NCBI GenBank assembly: GCA_963924565.1
Contig: OZ004610.1
Coordinates: forward strand, 6,510,001 to 6,574,000
Length of the DNA stretch: 64,000 nucleotides
Source of the DNA: Ascidiella aspersa
Lineage: Eukaryota
Direction: 5' to 3'
The position numbers and the translations under genes were made by a program. A model generated the notes under the pieces. That model saw only the letters and a list, made by a program, of their open reading frames with translations, did not search any database and had not been told where the DNA came from. Of the stretch, positions 63,318-64,000 are shown in pieces. The first letter of the stretch is position 1; each line of letters begins with the position of its first letter.

Positions 63318-64000
63318 GTAAGTGGGTCCGGTGTGTAAAGTATGATTTCTGACGATTACGGAACCCGCCAGGTCGAATAATGGTGTATTTCTGAGCTTAA
63401 AGTTAAAGTGGGCCGCCGTTAAAATTGTCAATACTATTTCTTAATGTTTCGTCATTTAACGTATAGCCAGTTAGCCACTAATTGTATGCTATCTCAGCTA
63501 ATAAATACTGCCCACTGGGCAAAACACCTTTAGGCCGAAATGCTACACAAATTACACAAATTTTGTCCAACCTGTGTAGCGCTAACACAATGTTCAAAAC
63601 TACCTCTCACTTGTCCAGTCGAAATTCGAACCTTCTTCGGGGACGAATGTGCGCTTTTCGAACAACCAACGCACATAGTTGCCATTCTAGATTATTTTAA
63701 TCTAGATTTAGATGTTTTGATAAATCTACATGTAGGTTTATACAATCTAGATGTTAGATGTTTTTTTAGATTATTATAAAAAAATATTGTATAATCTAAA
63801 TTAGTGACAGATTCGCTATTGACGATAAATCTTTCAGTAATTTCAAAAGTTTTTTTTTTGCAAATTGAAAAAAAAATGATGAGATATAAAATCGAAATTT
63901 CAGTAACTCGTCATGTTCAGTAAAATGTTTTATAAAGCAGAAAATCTTAAATCTAAAGCATCAAGCAAGTCCCTTTATGCAACTTTATAGGGCATTAAGC

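Overview
AT-rich, intron-containing animal genomic DNA with GC-richer exons and many MITEs. The style suggests a compact invertebrate chordate such as an ascidian, but that is inference. There are no prokaryotic features. Seven spliced genes were assembled by hand from GT-AG sites and reading-frame continuity. (1) 3' part of a + strand gene ending in an SVBP/CCDC23-like helix. (2) A 4-exon orphan secreted Cys-rich glycoprotein (-). (3) GRB2/Drk with a single coding intron (-). (4) A single-pass membrane protein with two PPxY motifs and a C-terminal PDZ ligand (-). (5,6) Two tandem secreted selenocysteine glutathione peroxidases (-), each with an in-frame TGA and a type II SECIS. (7) The 5' part of a secreted Cys-rich protein with a 15-nt microexon (+). 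The most novel observation is a second hairpin in both GPx 3'UTRs that carries an identical 13-mer (AGUGCAUUCGCCC) 43-44 nt after the SECIS core. One GPx also has duplicated or alternative terminal exons and a near-perfect 2.28-kb tandem duplication of its promoter and first exon. All coordinates were counted by eye, no database searches were run, and repeat boundaries are approximate.
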